DNA from: Chiloscyllium plagiosum
Lineage: Eukaryota
DNA length: 64,000 nucleotides
Direction: 5' to 3'
Assembly: GCF_004010195.1 (NCBI RefSeq)
Contig: NC_057749.1
Coordinates: 18,135,457-18,199,456, forward strand
Below are positions 25,826-38,067 of this stretch, one piece after another (the first letter of the stretch is position 1; the number at the start of each line of letters is the position of its first letter). Below the pieces are notes generated by a model. That model was not told the DNA's origin. It saw nothing but the letters and a program-made list of their open reading frames with translations, and did not search any database. The position numbers and the translations under genes are program-made.

Positions 25826-26743
25826 GAGGTCCGACTGAAGGAGGATTCCTCGTTTACAAACCCCTAATTCTGTGGATGGAAACCAACAAAACTCATGATT
25901 GTCATCTCAGGAACTGATAAACAGAAGTCAGGAAAGAGCAGATCAGAAACGTAGCGACAATAATTAGCTTCACTTTGATTAATGGTGCAGGCAACAAAAT
26001 AACAATTGAATTCTTGTTGGAAACTGAGTTAAAGCTGATGGGATCTGATCAAACCCATTGCAGTGATCAGCCAAGATCCTAATAGCTGGAGGAGCTAACA
26101 GGCCTGCTCCTGTTCCTGTGAAGGTTAATAGTGTTAATGCTCCTAATGTTCATCCTGGGTGGTTTTACCCCAGCTCTGCCCATCCACCCTGACTCAAGTC
26201 CAGCCCCATGCCCCTGGACAGGTATCTCAGTGAACCATGTGGTGGTTAGAATCACAACAAGGTCTAATCCTTCTGCTCAGCTGACCTCTCCATCCAGAGG
26301 AGTCAGGAGCATCGGTGTGGTCTGCTTTATACTTTCAAATGTGAGGAATTGTTTTATTCTGAAGTGCAGAAAGAGACAGACAGAGAGAGAGTTGGTTCAG
26401 GGAGTGCGAGTAATTAGAGAGTGAAGAAGAGAGGTGGAGAGTATATTACAACAGATACAACATTTCAAAACAGCTGCCTTAACCTCTGAAAGCCTCAGAA
26501 TATCCTGTCGCTACATAAATGCAAGTCTTCTATTTAGCAAGGACGGTAACCAAATCCATTAGTAATTTCCAATGCTGTCCATCCATGTATTGGCATAAGG
26601 AGATCGCTCTGTGTAGATTGTTGACACTTGCTTCAGGTGTAGGACATTCTCTTTACAGAATAGGTGGGCACATCAGTCCACATGGGGAGTGTCTGTGCAG
26701 CTCTGTCTCACAACAAATGGTTGTATATCTATTATTGAACCTA

Positions 26744-26963
26744 GTTAAAAATCACACAACACCAAGTTATAGTCCAACAGGTTTATTTGGAAGCACACTA
26801 GCTTTTGGAGTACTGCTCCTTTGCCAGGTGGATGTGACAACCACCTGATGAAGGAGCAGCGCTCTGAAAGCTAGTGCTTCCAATTAAACCTGTTGGACTA
26901 TATCCTGGTGTTGTGTGATTTTTAACTTTGTCCACCCCAGTCCAACACCAGCACCTCCACATT
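26744..26963. mobile_element. Palindromic Penelope-derived element (inverted pLTR arms plus 3' tail)
   Basis: ~85-bp arm GTTAAAAATCACACAACACC...CAGGTG is inverted as CACCTGATGA...GTGATTTTTAAC, followed by a tail TTTGTCCACCCCAGTCCAACACC. Confidence 0.85.
26842..26876 (+). ncRNA. Minimal type I hammerhead ribozyme motif (Penelope-type), core intact
   Basis: CAC-CTGATGA-A-GGAGC-AGC-GCTCT-GAA-AGCT-A-GTG: stem I CAC/GTG, 5-bp stem II, palindromic tetramer in place of helix III. Confidence 0.7.
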
Positions 26964-27374
26964 ATTGTTGTTGAACACTCTATCTTGCTATCAATACCAT
27001 CCAAAAAAAACACACCTGGAAAAGTGAATGAGATTGGGGAGTTGCTCAACTCTCTCCATCGCTGGATGACTGAATCTGATCAGAGAGACTGGGGACGAGT
27101 CAAATATAAGCAGGGGAGTTAATGAATGTGGAAAATTCAGCATTTATCATTTACTTGCTTTTTGTTTTGTTCTCATTTAGTGGCCTGTCCTGCTGTGGAA
27201 AAGGAATGGTACCACATGGGGATGGCCATTGGGTTCATTGTGCCTGTCCTAGCACTTTGAAACTTTTTCCCACTTAGTCCCACTCACTACCCTGTCCTCA
27301 CAACCCTTTTCCAGAGTATATCTGATGCCCTTGTGCAAGGTCCTGTTGAATCTGCATCGAGTGTCTCACATAGA

Positions 27375-28270
27375 CAGGGCAGTTAAGAAGGTGTTTAGCA
27401 CACTTACTTTCATTGCTCAGTCCTCTTGAGTATACAAGTTGGGATGTCATGTTGAGGTTGTGCAGGATATTGGTGGAATACTGTGTCCAGTTCTGGTCAC
27501 CCTGCTATTGGAAGGATACTGTTTAAGCCGGGAATGGCTCAGAAGAGAGTTACCAAATGTTGCCGGTTATGGAGGGTTTGAGTTATAATGAGAGGCTGGA
27601 TAGGCTGGGACTTTTTTCACGCAAGTGTAGGAGGTTGAGAGATGACCTGATAGAAATTTATAGCATCATGAGGGTTATAGATAGGGTTTTTGGTGGTTAA
27701 CCTTTTAGGGGCACATTTTTAAGGTGAGAGGAGTGAGATTTAAAAAAGACAAGGGGCAAATATTTCACGCAGAGGGTGGTCTGCCTGGGAATGAACTTCC
27801 TGAGTGGTGGGCATGGGTACAGTTACAATGATTAACAGACATTTGGAGAAGTACATGAATAGGAAAGGTTTGGAGGGATATGGCCAGGAGCAGGCAGCTG
27901 GGACTAGTTTAGATTAGATTACTTACAGTGTGGAAACAGGCCCTTCGGCCCAACAAGTCCACACCGACCCGCCGAAGCGCAACCCACCCATACCTACATT
28001 TACCCCTTACCTAACACTACGGGCAATTTAGCATGGCCAATTCACCTGACCTGCACATCTTTGGATTGTGGGAGGAAACCGGAGCACCCGGAGGAAACCC
28101 ACGCAGACACGGGGAGAATGTGCAAACTCCACACAGTCAGTCGCCTGAGGCGGGAATTGAACCCGGGTCTCTGGCGCTGTGAGGCAGCAGTGCTAACCAC
28201 TGTGCCACCGTTTAGTTTGGGATTGTGTTAGGAATGGACTGGTTGGGCCGAAGGGTCTGTTTCCGTGCAA
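27375..28270 (+). mobile_element. Diverged CR1 LINE 3' region, interrupted by a SINE
   Basis: GAATACTGTGTCCAGTTCTGGTC, TTCACGCAGAGGGTGGT...GGAATGAACTTCCTG; tail resumes after 28210. Confidence 0.85.
27913..28210 (-). mobile_element. HE1/V-SINE-type SINE, young copy
   Basis: Near-identical to 52031-52349; flanked by a GTTTAG direct repeat. Confidence 0.92.
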
Positions 28271-29182
28271 CCACCTAATGTGTAAGAAAAATGTATTCCC
28301 ATCTTCCCTCCAGTTCTTCGGTCAACCACCCTCCATCTGTTCTTGCACCTCCTCGTCAGTGAGAGCACTGACTCCTTATTTACTTTAAGAAAACCCTTTG
28401 AGGTGTGGGAAAACTCGATCAGCACTCCTCTTAACCTCTCTCCACCATTACAGCACTCTGTTGTGTTGTGCCTGATATCATCTTCAAGGCTTTGGGCTAA
28501 AACGGTGGGGAAGATGAGAAACTTCTGAAACCAGGACTCAATCATGTCTCTGTGTGAAAATAAGGAGGGCTTCAAATCCTTTCGACTAAGACAGATTTGT
28601 AGATATCAAAAGACACAAAAGGTCTAGTTTGACATTTTAATGTCAAGCTGAATGCTGCAATGCATCAAAAGACAGAGACAACACAAAGCAACAACTCTGT
28701 CACAGTCTCCATGGGAAATGTTGCACAATTCTGGATAACTCGGAGCCACAATAGATAAAGAATGTTGAGGGTGGTTACTGGCCGTTCGATTAAATTGTCA
28801 AGCTATTACCATCCTGCTTTCTCAAGGAGTGTCAGATATCTAAACACCATTAGATTAGGAGTCATAACCACACGTCCTAACCTTTGAAAGGTCTCTGGTG
28901 GGGCCATGGTTTGAATATGGTGTGAAGTTCAGAGGCTGCTATTTTCTAGTCATTAAATCTGCACTCTGCTGAATTTATAAGTGATTTGGAGGAGCCTGTT
29001 TCTGCCATTGTTTTAATTTTCACAAGTTGTTCAGCATTTGTATGGCTTTCAGAAGTAGAGTTAGTGGAAGATTGAGTAGTCATTTAAAATCGGAAACTAA
29101 AAACTACCCCTGGAGGAGGTCAGGGAAACCAATTAGTCTCAACATCTCTGGGCTCCTGAACCTGCTGCTCTGTCTCACAGAG

Positions 29183-29445
29183 ACCATCTTTCATCTGTGA
29201 TATTAAACTGAGACCCCCTCTACCTGCCCAGGGCACTATTCACATGAAGAACAGGGGAATTCTCCATGGTGCCCAACCAATATTTATCCTTCAATCAACA
29301 AAAGCAATGACCAGCTAATGTCACTTTGGTTTGTGGGATCTTGCTGTGCACAAATTTATTGCTACGCTTAGGACAAGACTGGAAAGAGCTCTTTGAGTTA
29401 TCATGAAAGGCGCTCTATAAATGCAAGCCCTTTCTCTCTCTCTCT
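29183..29445 (+). mobile_element. Decayed Deu-domain SINE body and tail (SacSINE1/AmnSINE-like)
   Basis: GGCACTATT...GAAGAACAGGGGAATTCTCC, GTTTGTGGGATCTTGCTGTGCACAAAT, tail GAAAGGCGCTCTATAAATGCAAG. Family is from recalled consensus. Confidence 0.65.
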
Positions 29446-29604
29446 TTTTCTCTCTCTCTCTGTCTTTATGACTATATTCCGAGTTTGAGAATGTAGAACT
29501 CATCTCCACAGGATCTGCTTTCGCAGCAAAACCAGCAAAGGAGACGAGCTGGGAGCTTGAGAGATAACGGGAATGGTGAAATACAAACCTTAGCACAGAG
29601 TAAA

Positions 29605-29736
29605 ATCAAACGACCATGGATACTGGAAATCTGAAACAAAGACAGAAATTGCCAGAGAATTTCAGCAGGTCTGGCAGCATCTATGGAGAGAGAAACAGAG
29701 CTAATGTTTCAGGTCTGGTGACCCTTGCTCAGAGCT
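29605..29736 (-). mobile_element. Penelope-derived short element with a decayed hammerhead motif
   Basis: Minus strand GCT-CTGAGCA-A-GGGTC-ACCA-GACCT-GAA-ACAT-T-AGC; same family as 14455-14625. Confidence 0.65.
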
Positions 29737-29758
29737 AGTACAGAATAGTTGGGCGGAA

Positions 29759-29923
29759 TTACAATTGCAACATTTAAGAGGCGTTTGGATGGGTATGTGA
29801 ATAGGAAGGGTTTGGAGGGATATGGGCCAGGTGCTGGCAGGTGGGACTAGATTGGGTTGGGGTATCTGGTCGGCATGGACGGGTTGGACCGAAGGGTCTG
29901 TTTCCGTGCTGTACATCTCTATG
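29759..29923 (+). mobile_element. CR1 3' terminal fragment
   Basis: Closely matches 13990-14155. Confidence 0.9.
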
Positions 29924-30036
29924 GCCGAATGCCCTATCATATCTCACTCCGAGCCAACATCATTTATCACTTGAAAGGGAATTCTGATGGGTCTGATCTT
30001 TACTAATCACATCACAGTAATGCCAGTGCTACTGTC

Positions 30037-30215
30037 TGGTTGGTTAGCTCGGTTGGCTGGATGGCTGGTTTGCAGTGCAGAGTGATACCAGCAGCATGGC
30101 AGCGGTTACCCATGAAGGGCTCTCCTTCTCAGGTTTCCCTTTACATGAGGTGTGGTGAGCCTCAGATTCAATCAGACCCACTTGTCTCTTCTCTCTGGGA
30201 GAGCAAGGCTGGGCG
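30037..30215 (+). mobile_element. Decayed tRNA-derived SINE
   Basis: Head TGGTTAGCTCGGTTGGCTGGATGGCTGGTTTGCAGTGCAGAGTGA with an A-box-like motif. Confidence 0.5.
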
Positions 30216-30254
30216 AGCTAGTAAAGGTCTTTCCTTATTTACCCTGTTTTACTT

Positions 30255-30543
30255 AGACTCATAGAGTCATACAGAACAGAAACAGACCCTTCAGTCCAAT
30301 TTGTCCATGCTGACCAGATATCCCAATCTGACCCAGTCCCATTTGCCACATTTGGTCCATATCCCTCTAAATTCTTCCTTTTCCTATGTCCATCCAAAAG
30401 CCTTTTTAATGTTGTAATTGTAATCACCTCCACCACCCCGTCTGGCAGCTCGTTCCGTACATGCACCACCCTCTGGGTGAAAAGGTTTCCCTCCAGGTCC
30501 CTTTCAAATCTTTCCCCTCTCACCCTAAACCCATGCCCTCTAC
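30255..30543 (-). mobile_element. CR1 3' terminal fragment
   Basis: RGHGFRVRGERFERDLEGNLFTQRVVHVRNELP. Confidence 0.9.
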
Positions 30544-30654
30544 AGGTACAGGTCATGATATGAGTTAAGAGAACCACTGATGGTTTTACAGTTAGTTTGC
30601 CTGATATCTCAATGAGTAACGAACGCTCAATTCAGACATAAACATTCTGCAACA

Positions 30655-31288
30655 TAGACTCATAGAGATATACAACACAGATGCCTTTTAAATGTTGTAA
30701 TTGTACCAGCCTCCACCACTTCCTCTGGCAGCTCATTCCATACACACACCACCCTCTGCATGAAAAGGTTTCCCCTTAGATCCCTTTCAAATGTTTCCCC
30801 TCTCACCCTAAACCCATGCCCTCTAGTTTTGGACTCCCCCACCCTCGGATACTCCTTGTCTAATTACACTATCCATGTCCCTTATAATTAAAAATCACAC
30901 AACACCAGGTTATAGTCCAACAGGTTTAATTGGAAGCACACTAGCTTTCGGAGAGACGCTCCATCAGGTGACCCTCACCCGATGAAGGAGCGTCACTCTG
31001 AAAGCTAGTGTGCTTCCAATTAAACCTGTTGGACTATAACCTGGTGTTGTGTGATTTTTAACTTTGTACACCCCAGTCCAATAGCAGCATCTCCGAATCA
31101 TGTCCCTCATGATTTTATAAACCTCTATAAGGTCACCCCTCAGCCTCCGACGCTCCAGGGAAAACAGCCCCAGCCTATTCAGCCTCTCCCGAGAGCTCAA
31201 ATCCTCCAAACCCGGCAACATCCTTGTAAATCTTTTCTGAACCCTTTCAAGTTTCACGACTTTCTTCTGATAGGAGGGAGACCAGATT
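30655..31288 (-). mobile_element. CR1 3' region with an internal deletion, interrupted by a palindromic element
   Basis: KLERVQKRFTRMLPGLEDLS.RERLNRLGLFSLERRRLRGDLIEVYKIMR ... NLFMQRVVCVWNELPEEVVEAG. Confidence 0.92.
30888..31098. mobile_element. Palindromic Penelope-derived element with a ~16-bp TSD
   Basis: Same arms as 26744-26963; flanked by CATGTCCCTTATAATT (30874-30889) and CATGTCCCTCATGATT (31099-31114). Confidence 0.88.
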
Positions 31289-31752
31289 ATGTATGCATCT
31301 GTAACAAAATAGAGATTTCATCTTCCTAAAGGCTATTGGGCAGACTCGGATTTTCAGTCCCTAATTTCTTCACTGTATTAATCAAAACCAGGGATCTATT
31401 CATCAGCTTTAAGGTGAAATAATCAGATAATTATCGAAAGTAATGAAGCAAATGAAATATAAAAGTGCAGCTTTGAATGTGAAATATTCTTTATTCAAGT
31501 CTACATGAAGACTTAACCATTGATGATGACTGCATTTGATGTTGTAAATATCATAGAGTTTCACAACACGGACTGTCAGAATTTATCCCTGAGCTACCAG
31601 AAAACAGCTGAGCAAAGACTCCATCAAACAGCTACATCACCAGGAGCAACTCGAAATGAGAAACTACCCTGAGTATAAACCCCAAGGCAACACCCCATGG
31701 TCAAGGCTTTGAAACAGAAGGTGCTCAAGAGATGTAGAATTACAGCAATAAC

Positions 31753-32020
31753 AGAGATAGGGAGGGTATGGAGGAGGTGATGGAGATAGGGAGGGGTGTA
31801 GGGGCTGGAGGAGGTGATGGAGATAGGGAGGGGTGTAGGGGCTGGAGGAGGTGATGGAGATAGGGAGAGGAGGAGGGGCTGGAGGAGGTGATGGAGATAG
31901 GGAGGGGTGTAGGGGCTGGAGGAGGTGATGGAGATAGGGAGGGGTGTAGGGGCTGGAGGAGGTGATGGAGATAGGGAGGGATGTGGGAGCTGGAGGAGGT
32001 GACAGAGATAGGGAGGGATG
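31753..32020. repeat. 37-bp purine/G-rich minisatellite (GAGATAGGGAGGGGTGTAGGGGCTGGAGGAGGTGATG), ~7 units, running into a gap
   Basis: Direct tandem copies. Confidence 0.92.
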
Positions 32021-32520
32021 NNNNNNNNNNNNNNNNNNNNNNNNNNNNNNNNNNNNNNNNNNNNNNNNNNNNNNNNNNNNNNNNNNNNNNNNNNNNNNNN
32101 NNNNNNNNNNNNNNNNNNNNNNNNNNNNNNNNNNNNNNNNNNNNNNNNNNNNNNNNNNNNNNNNNNNNNNNNNNNNNNNNNNNNNNNNNNNNNNNNNNNN
32201 NNNNNNNNNNNNNNNNNNNNNNNNNNNNNNNNNNNNNNNNNNNNNNNNNNNNNNNNNNNNNNNNNNNNNNNNNNNNNNNNNNNNNNNNNNNNNNNNNNNN
32301 NNNNNNNNNNNNNNNNNNNNNNNNNNNNNNNNNNNNNNNNNNNNNNNNNNNNNNNNNNNNNNNNNNNNNNNNNNNNNNNNNNNNNNNNNNNNNNNNNNNN
32401 NNNNNNNNNNNNNNNNNNNNNNNNNNNNNNNNNNNNNNNNNNNNNNNNNNNNNNNNNNNNNNNNNNNNNNNNNNNNNNNNNNNNNNNNNNNNNNNNNNNN
32501 NNNNNNNNNNNNNNNNNNNN

Positions 32521-33000
32521 CTCCCACATCTGACAAGCAGTACATATCACTGCAAAGGTCATTTTTGCTCCTTCACAATCTACAGACCCAGAAAATAACA
32601 CCGTTGTATTCCTCTACAAACACTACCCCAGGTTAAATTAATAGCTATGGCTTATATTTTAAATTTAATCAAGAGACTTATCTCCAAAAACATATAATCA
32701 AGAAAGAATCCACTATACTCACTACTGCAGCCTTTCTCTTGGACAGACTTAAAACAACAATTAACTTATCTGATTCTGTGTTGTGAACTTCGCCCAACAG
32801 TTCCTCCAAGATTAGTTGTGAATTTCACTGTTTGTTAATTTTCCCAGAAGCACTCCAATGTCCAGCGATATATGAATTCAAACAGCAAAGGCAGTAACTG
32901 TGCAGGTTCTCTCTCTCTCTCTCCTGTACTGTCCTCACCATGTACTTCCTTTGTCTGCTCTTCTCCCTTTTAAACTGCTGTTTTTGGAGATATTTTAAAG
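32521..33000 (-). mobile_element. CR1 LINE 5'UTR and start of ORF1 (CxxC zinc finger)
   Basis: Minus translation MTFAVICTACQMWE at the gap edge resembles the shark CR1 ORF1 N-terminus. Confidence 0.6.
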
Positions 33001-33769
33001 AAAACAAACAAAATTCGTAAAGAAGCCAGATTTAACAAATGTTCAGCTTTTGTCAGAATTCAAAGAGAAATTTGTAAATGGTCTCTACAGAATAAATAAA
33101 TGTGATGACTTGCCTTCCTCTCTGTCACTACCCAACACACACTCTCTCTCTCTATTTCTCTTCCCCCCCATCCCTCAGTTGAATCCAAGGTAATGTTTTG
33201 ATATGGTTTAGAGTTGAATTTGTTTTGGAGAATCTGAAACATCAATGAAACAGGAGGTAAGTGCAGCACCAGATTGTGATGCACTTCACGGTCAGGCATA
33301 GTGGAAGTTCAGTGTTCAGGAGGAAGTGTGATAGTTTGGGAGGTATTACACAAAGTTCAAAGGAAAGAAGGGCTTGCAGTGACACGTTGGTGTTTGTAGC
33401 TGCAGATGCCTGATCTGCTGTCACAGTCCATCCTCGTCAGTCTCACCCCATCCTCACAATCCACTGGAACCCATCCCTAACCGCTCTGTAACATCATTAC
33501 CCAGGGCAGTCCCCTCCAGCCCCCACATTCCCCTCTCGGAGAGATCTCTGTAGCTCTGCCACTCTGATTAAAAGCCTAAAGCACTGCAATTAACCTTCCT
33601 GGATATCACTCTTTAAAGTCCCTTCTGTACCTGCAGCTTCAACCAAATCCAGCTTGTGGATTTGGAATTTGCTGTGGATATCTTTGCATTTATATTTCAA
33701 AGGCTTCTATTTTCTTCTGCAGACCTTTCCGTATTCTGCAGGTTTCTGAGTCAGACAGGAGGCTGGAAT

Positions 33770-34060
33770 TTATATGTATTCTCCTTGTTGTGAGCTTGAG
33801 TTTTCTTGTTATTAACATGTCCTTCATCTTCACAAAGTTACTTCTAGCTCAGTCGAGTCCTCTTCAGCATCAATCTGACATTGTCTGATACCGTTTGTCC
33901 TGAATAAACAATCACATCCAATGGTTCAATGTGATACCATCTCCCGCGATCTTCACTCGTTTCTGCAAATGTTTCTTCTCCGAATGACCATTCTTTGTCT
34001 TGTCAGTGTCATTCAGAACCTCTGGACCTCACTTAATCTACAATATTTTGTGATTCCTGA
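33770..34060 (-). mobile_element. Ancient RTE-clade LINE fragment
   Basis: Frameshifted minus peptides NDTDKTK..., LDVIVYSGQTVSDN and ARSNFVKMKDMLITRKLKLTTR resemble the RTE post-RT region. Confidence 0.55.
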
Positions 34061-35059
34061 ACTGATTCTGTAGGAGGTGCTGTGTGGTCAGTTTACAGTG
34101 AGTTTCTGACCTTGTGTGAGTAAAAGAGGATGAGATAGTGAAGCCTTTTGTCTGACACCGAACAGAACGAGAACCAAGAAATAGACGAGAAAAACAAAAG
34201 AGGCAGCATTTCATACAGCATGAGAAACAGGTGCTGATTGGTTGGCATGAGATGCAGTTAAACTGTCGCTCCTAATTCTCAGAGCAGAGTGGGGGATTCT
34301 GATTGGTCAGTGCATTGCCGTGGAAGTCAAGGTTTATTAAAAGTGTGCAATATCTGTATAAATGCCTCTTGGCCACATTAAACAGGGTCCTGAATATTGA
34401 TGAATGTAGTTTCCAACATCTGAGCATATATCACTCTGTGAGCCTGGTCAATGATCCTACATCAGTTTCCTGTGTTACTTGTAGCGCAGTCTGGATTATT
34501 TATGAAGTGATGTCCAGTAGCAGAATCACATTGAATGGTGACTATACCTCTCTGGGGCTCGTGGGCCTGGACTGGTTAAACACTTGTAGCCTGTAGCCAG
34601 TTGTTAGATACAGCCTGCCAATTGTTAGATCATATGGCCTATATACCTGGCATCACACTGGTACTAAAACTCACATATCACCTTACTGATCTGTGTGGTG
34701 GTGGGCAAAATATACTTTTCTCTTGGGGCCATCATTGTGTCAGTGGAGCTTGCAGATTTACTCCACAATAGCAGGATGGGACAACTAACTTTAGCCTTTG
34801 TTCAAAGTGATCAATTCACTTTCCTTTCTCAAATAATCTGAGGGAACCATTCAGGGCCAAGGTAGTGAATGAGGTCCTTTTGTGAGGTTTTGCAATGTAC
34901 AGGAAGTGATCAGAGTATCCAGCATCTCACAGGATGGTATTGATATGTCCCTATATCTGCATCAAACTTCCATACTGCGCAGATAGCTTGGGTTATTCTC
35001 AGTAAATGGCAAGCAGGTTTGATCCTGTGGCATGTGGGACATTAGGAACCTCAGAGTGT

Positions 35060-35810
35060 ATATTGAACAGTGACTGTAGGCTCCAAGCAGATACATGTGT
35101 TTGCAGGGAGAATAAAAAGAACAGTGTACTACTTAATGCAGAATGAGTGCAGAATTCCAAGGTGCAGAGGGATCTCTGTGCCCTGCTGCATAGACAATAG
35201 TACAAAGATATAGCAAGTAATCAAGAAACTAATGGATCCAACCCTTTACTTTGAGAGGAATTGAACATAAATTTAAAGGATGTTGTGCTTCAGTTCCACA
35301 CAGCATTGGTGAGATCATGTCTCCAATACTGTGGGCTGGTTTGGTCTCCTTATTGAAGGAAGGATGTAAATACATTGGTTCAGAGGAGGTTTACCAGAGG
35401 GAGAGCTGGAATGAGTGGGTTGTGTTATGGGGAAAGGGGGGACAGACTGGGCTTGTTTCCATGGGGGGGGGGGGGGGGGAGGTGACTGACTGAAGTGGAT
35501 AAGATCCTGATGGTCTGGACAAGGTGACCATGAAAAGGATCTTCCTGTGGGTCAGTCTAGAGCAAAGGGGGCACTGTTTTAAAATTAAGGGATGACCAGA
35601 AACTGAGAATTTTGTCTGTCTAGGTTGTGCACTGGAGGTAGGTCATTGAATAATTGTAAGACTGAGGTGAATAGAGTCATGTTAATCAGGAAAACTGAAG
35701 GTTATAGGAATAGATGGAACATAGAATTTGACTCAAACTGATCAGCACTGATCTTATTGAATGGTGGAATAGGATGAAGGAGCTGAATGGCCTATTTCTG
35801 TTTGTAATGT
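35060..35810 (+). mobile_element. Old CR1 3' region
   Basis: GTGCAGAGGGATCTCTGTGCCCT, GGTTCAGAGGAGGTTTACCAG, GAGCTGAATGGCCTATTTCTG. Confidence 0.65.
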
Positions 35811-35984
35811 ATATGGTGGTAGGATCATTTTGAGGAGAGGACTCATTAACGGCATAATTCTAAATTGATTGCTTTTGGTTTCTTTCAGTAAATTAATGAA
35901 TAAGGCATGAAAGTCACTTGCAATGTGTCCTTGGTTTATATTTTATCACAGATTTGTCTTATCACTTCAGTTTCAGGTCCTCCG

Positions 35985-37965
35985 AGAGTTCTGAGAGTCC
36001 CAAAAGCTGTGTTGCCTGATACCCCGGTTCAGGATATCTCCTCTGAGTGGCAGAGAAAATTGGAGTGGGAGGGGAAAGGTCCAGTCATCGTGGTTCATGT
36101 AGCTACCAACAATGTGGGTAGGAAGAGGAAAGAGATTCTGCGGAAGGTATATGAGGCCTGTGACCAGTGGAGTGCCACAAGGATCGATGCTGGGTCCATT
36201 ACGTTTTATCATTTCTATAAATGATTTGGATATGAGCATAGGAGGTATGGTTAGTAAGTTTGCAGATGACACCAAGATTGGAGGTGTAGTGGACAGCAAA
36301 GAAAGTTACCTCAGATGGGCCAATGGGCTGAGGAGTGGCAGATGGAGTTTAATTCAGATAAATGCGAGGTGCTGCATTTTGGAAAGGCAAATCAAAGCAG
36401 GACTTGTACACCTAATGGTAAGGTCCTAGGAAGTGTTCCTGAACAAAGAGACCTTGGAGTGCAGTTTCATAGCTCCCTGAAAGTAGAGTCATAGGTAGAT
36501 AGGATAGTGAAGAAGGCGTTTGGTATGCTTTCCTTTATTGGTCAGAGTATTGAGTACAGGAGTTGGGAGGTCATGTTGCAGCTGTACAGGAAATCGGTTA
36601 GGCCAGTTTTGGAGTTTGCATGCAATTCTGGTCTCCTTCCTATTGGAACGATGTTGTGATAATTGAAAGGGTTCAGAAAAGATTTACAAGGATGTTGCCA
36701 GGGTTGGAGGATTTGAGCTTTGGGAGATGTTGAATAGGCTGCAGCTGTTTTCCATGGGACATCGGAGGCTGAAGGGTGACCTTATAGAGGTTTATAAAAT
36801 CATGAGGGGCATGGATAGGATAAATAGACAAGGTCTTTTCCCTGGGGTAGGGGGGGTCCAGACTAGAGGGCATAGGTTGAAGGTGAAAAGAGAAAATTTT
36901 AAAAGGGACATAAGGGGCAATGTTTTCACGCAGAGGGTGGGGCGTGTATGGAATGAGCTGCCAGAGGAAGTGGTGGAGGCTGGTACAATTGCAACATTTA
37001 AAAGGCATTTGGATGGGTATATGAATAGGAAGGGTTCAGAGGGATATGGGCCAAGAGTTGGTCAATGGGACTAGATTTGGGATAGGATATCTGGTTGGCA
37101 TGGAGACGTTGGACCAAAAAGTGTTTCTGTGCTGTACCTCTCTGTGACTCTGTGAGCAGCAGGTGATTAAAGTAAAAAGCAGGACCCAAAGGGTAATAGT
37201 CTCTGGATTACTAACTGAGTCATGAGCAAATTGTCACAGGGCCTTTAAGATCAAAGAGGTAAATGTGTGGCTCAAAGGTTGGTGTGGGAGGGACAGATTT
37301 GAATTCATGGAACAGTTCTGGGGAAGGAGGGAGCTGTTCCAATGGGACAGAGTCCACCTGAATCACGCTGGTACCAGAGTCCTGGCCAATCGCATATCTA
37401 GGGCTGTGGATAGGGAGTTCAAATAATGGGTGGGGGGAGGTTCATTTTCATGGAAAATTATGAAAAAGTTAAAGGAGGGGAACGGCTCATCAGAGGTTAT
37501 TAAAGTTTCCCGAACAAGTAATAGGACAGAATATGGAAAGGGGAATTGAACTTCAGGCACAGCAGATAAGGGGGCAACAATGGGAAGGGGTGCAGTCCGT
37601 GTAAGGTCATCTGATGGTTTTCTGCTGAAATGTACACAGTACATGAAACAAGGGGAATTAGCTTGTGCTGCAGATTGAAATTGGCAGCTATGATGCTGTG
37701 GGTATGACAGGTGTGGCTCCAAGGGGGTCAGGGCTGGGAAATAAATATCCAGGCTACACGGCCTATCAGATAGGACAGGCAGATGGGCAGAAGGTTCCCT
37801 TATTGGTAAGAAATGAAATTAAACCAATAGCAAGAAGTGAAATGGAGTCGGAAGGTATAGAATCTGTGTAGGTAAAGTTGAGGAACCACAAAGGATAAAA
37901 GACCCTGATGGGAGTTGTCTGTAGGCCCCGAGCAATTGTCAGGATGTGATCAGCAATATGTGACA
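35985..37965 (+). mobile_element. Old CR1 ORF1 (SGNH/GDSL esterase) plus decayed AP-endonuclease start, split by a younger CR1
   Basis: LPDTPVQDISS...[14 protein letters not shown] before the insert. After it: KSRTQRVIVSGLL...NVWLKGWC...WDRVHLNHAGTRVLA, then IEIGSYDAVGMT...LLVRNEIK...IESV. Confidence 0.75.
36155..37153 (+). mobile_element. Young 5'-truncated CR1 nested in CR1 ORF1
   Basis: [36 protein letters not shown]; tail CTCTGTGACTCTG. Confidence 0.95.
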
Positions 37966-38067
37966 ATAGTTTTGATCTGATTGGTTGGTGTTATTTGATT
38001 GTTCCAAAATCAATCCACAACCATTTCTTGATTTGCAGTTAGATTTTACGTTTCACACCCAAACCCC

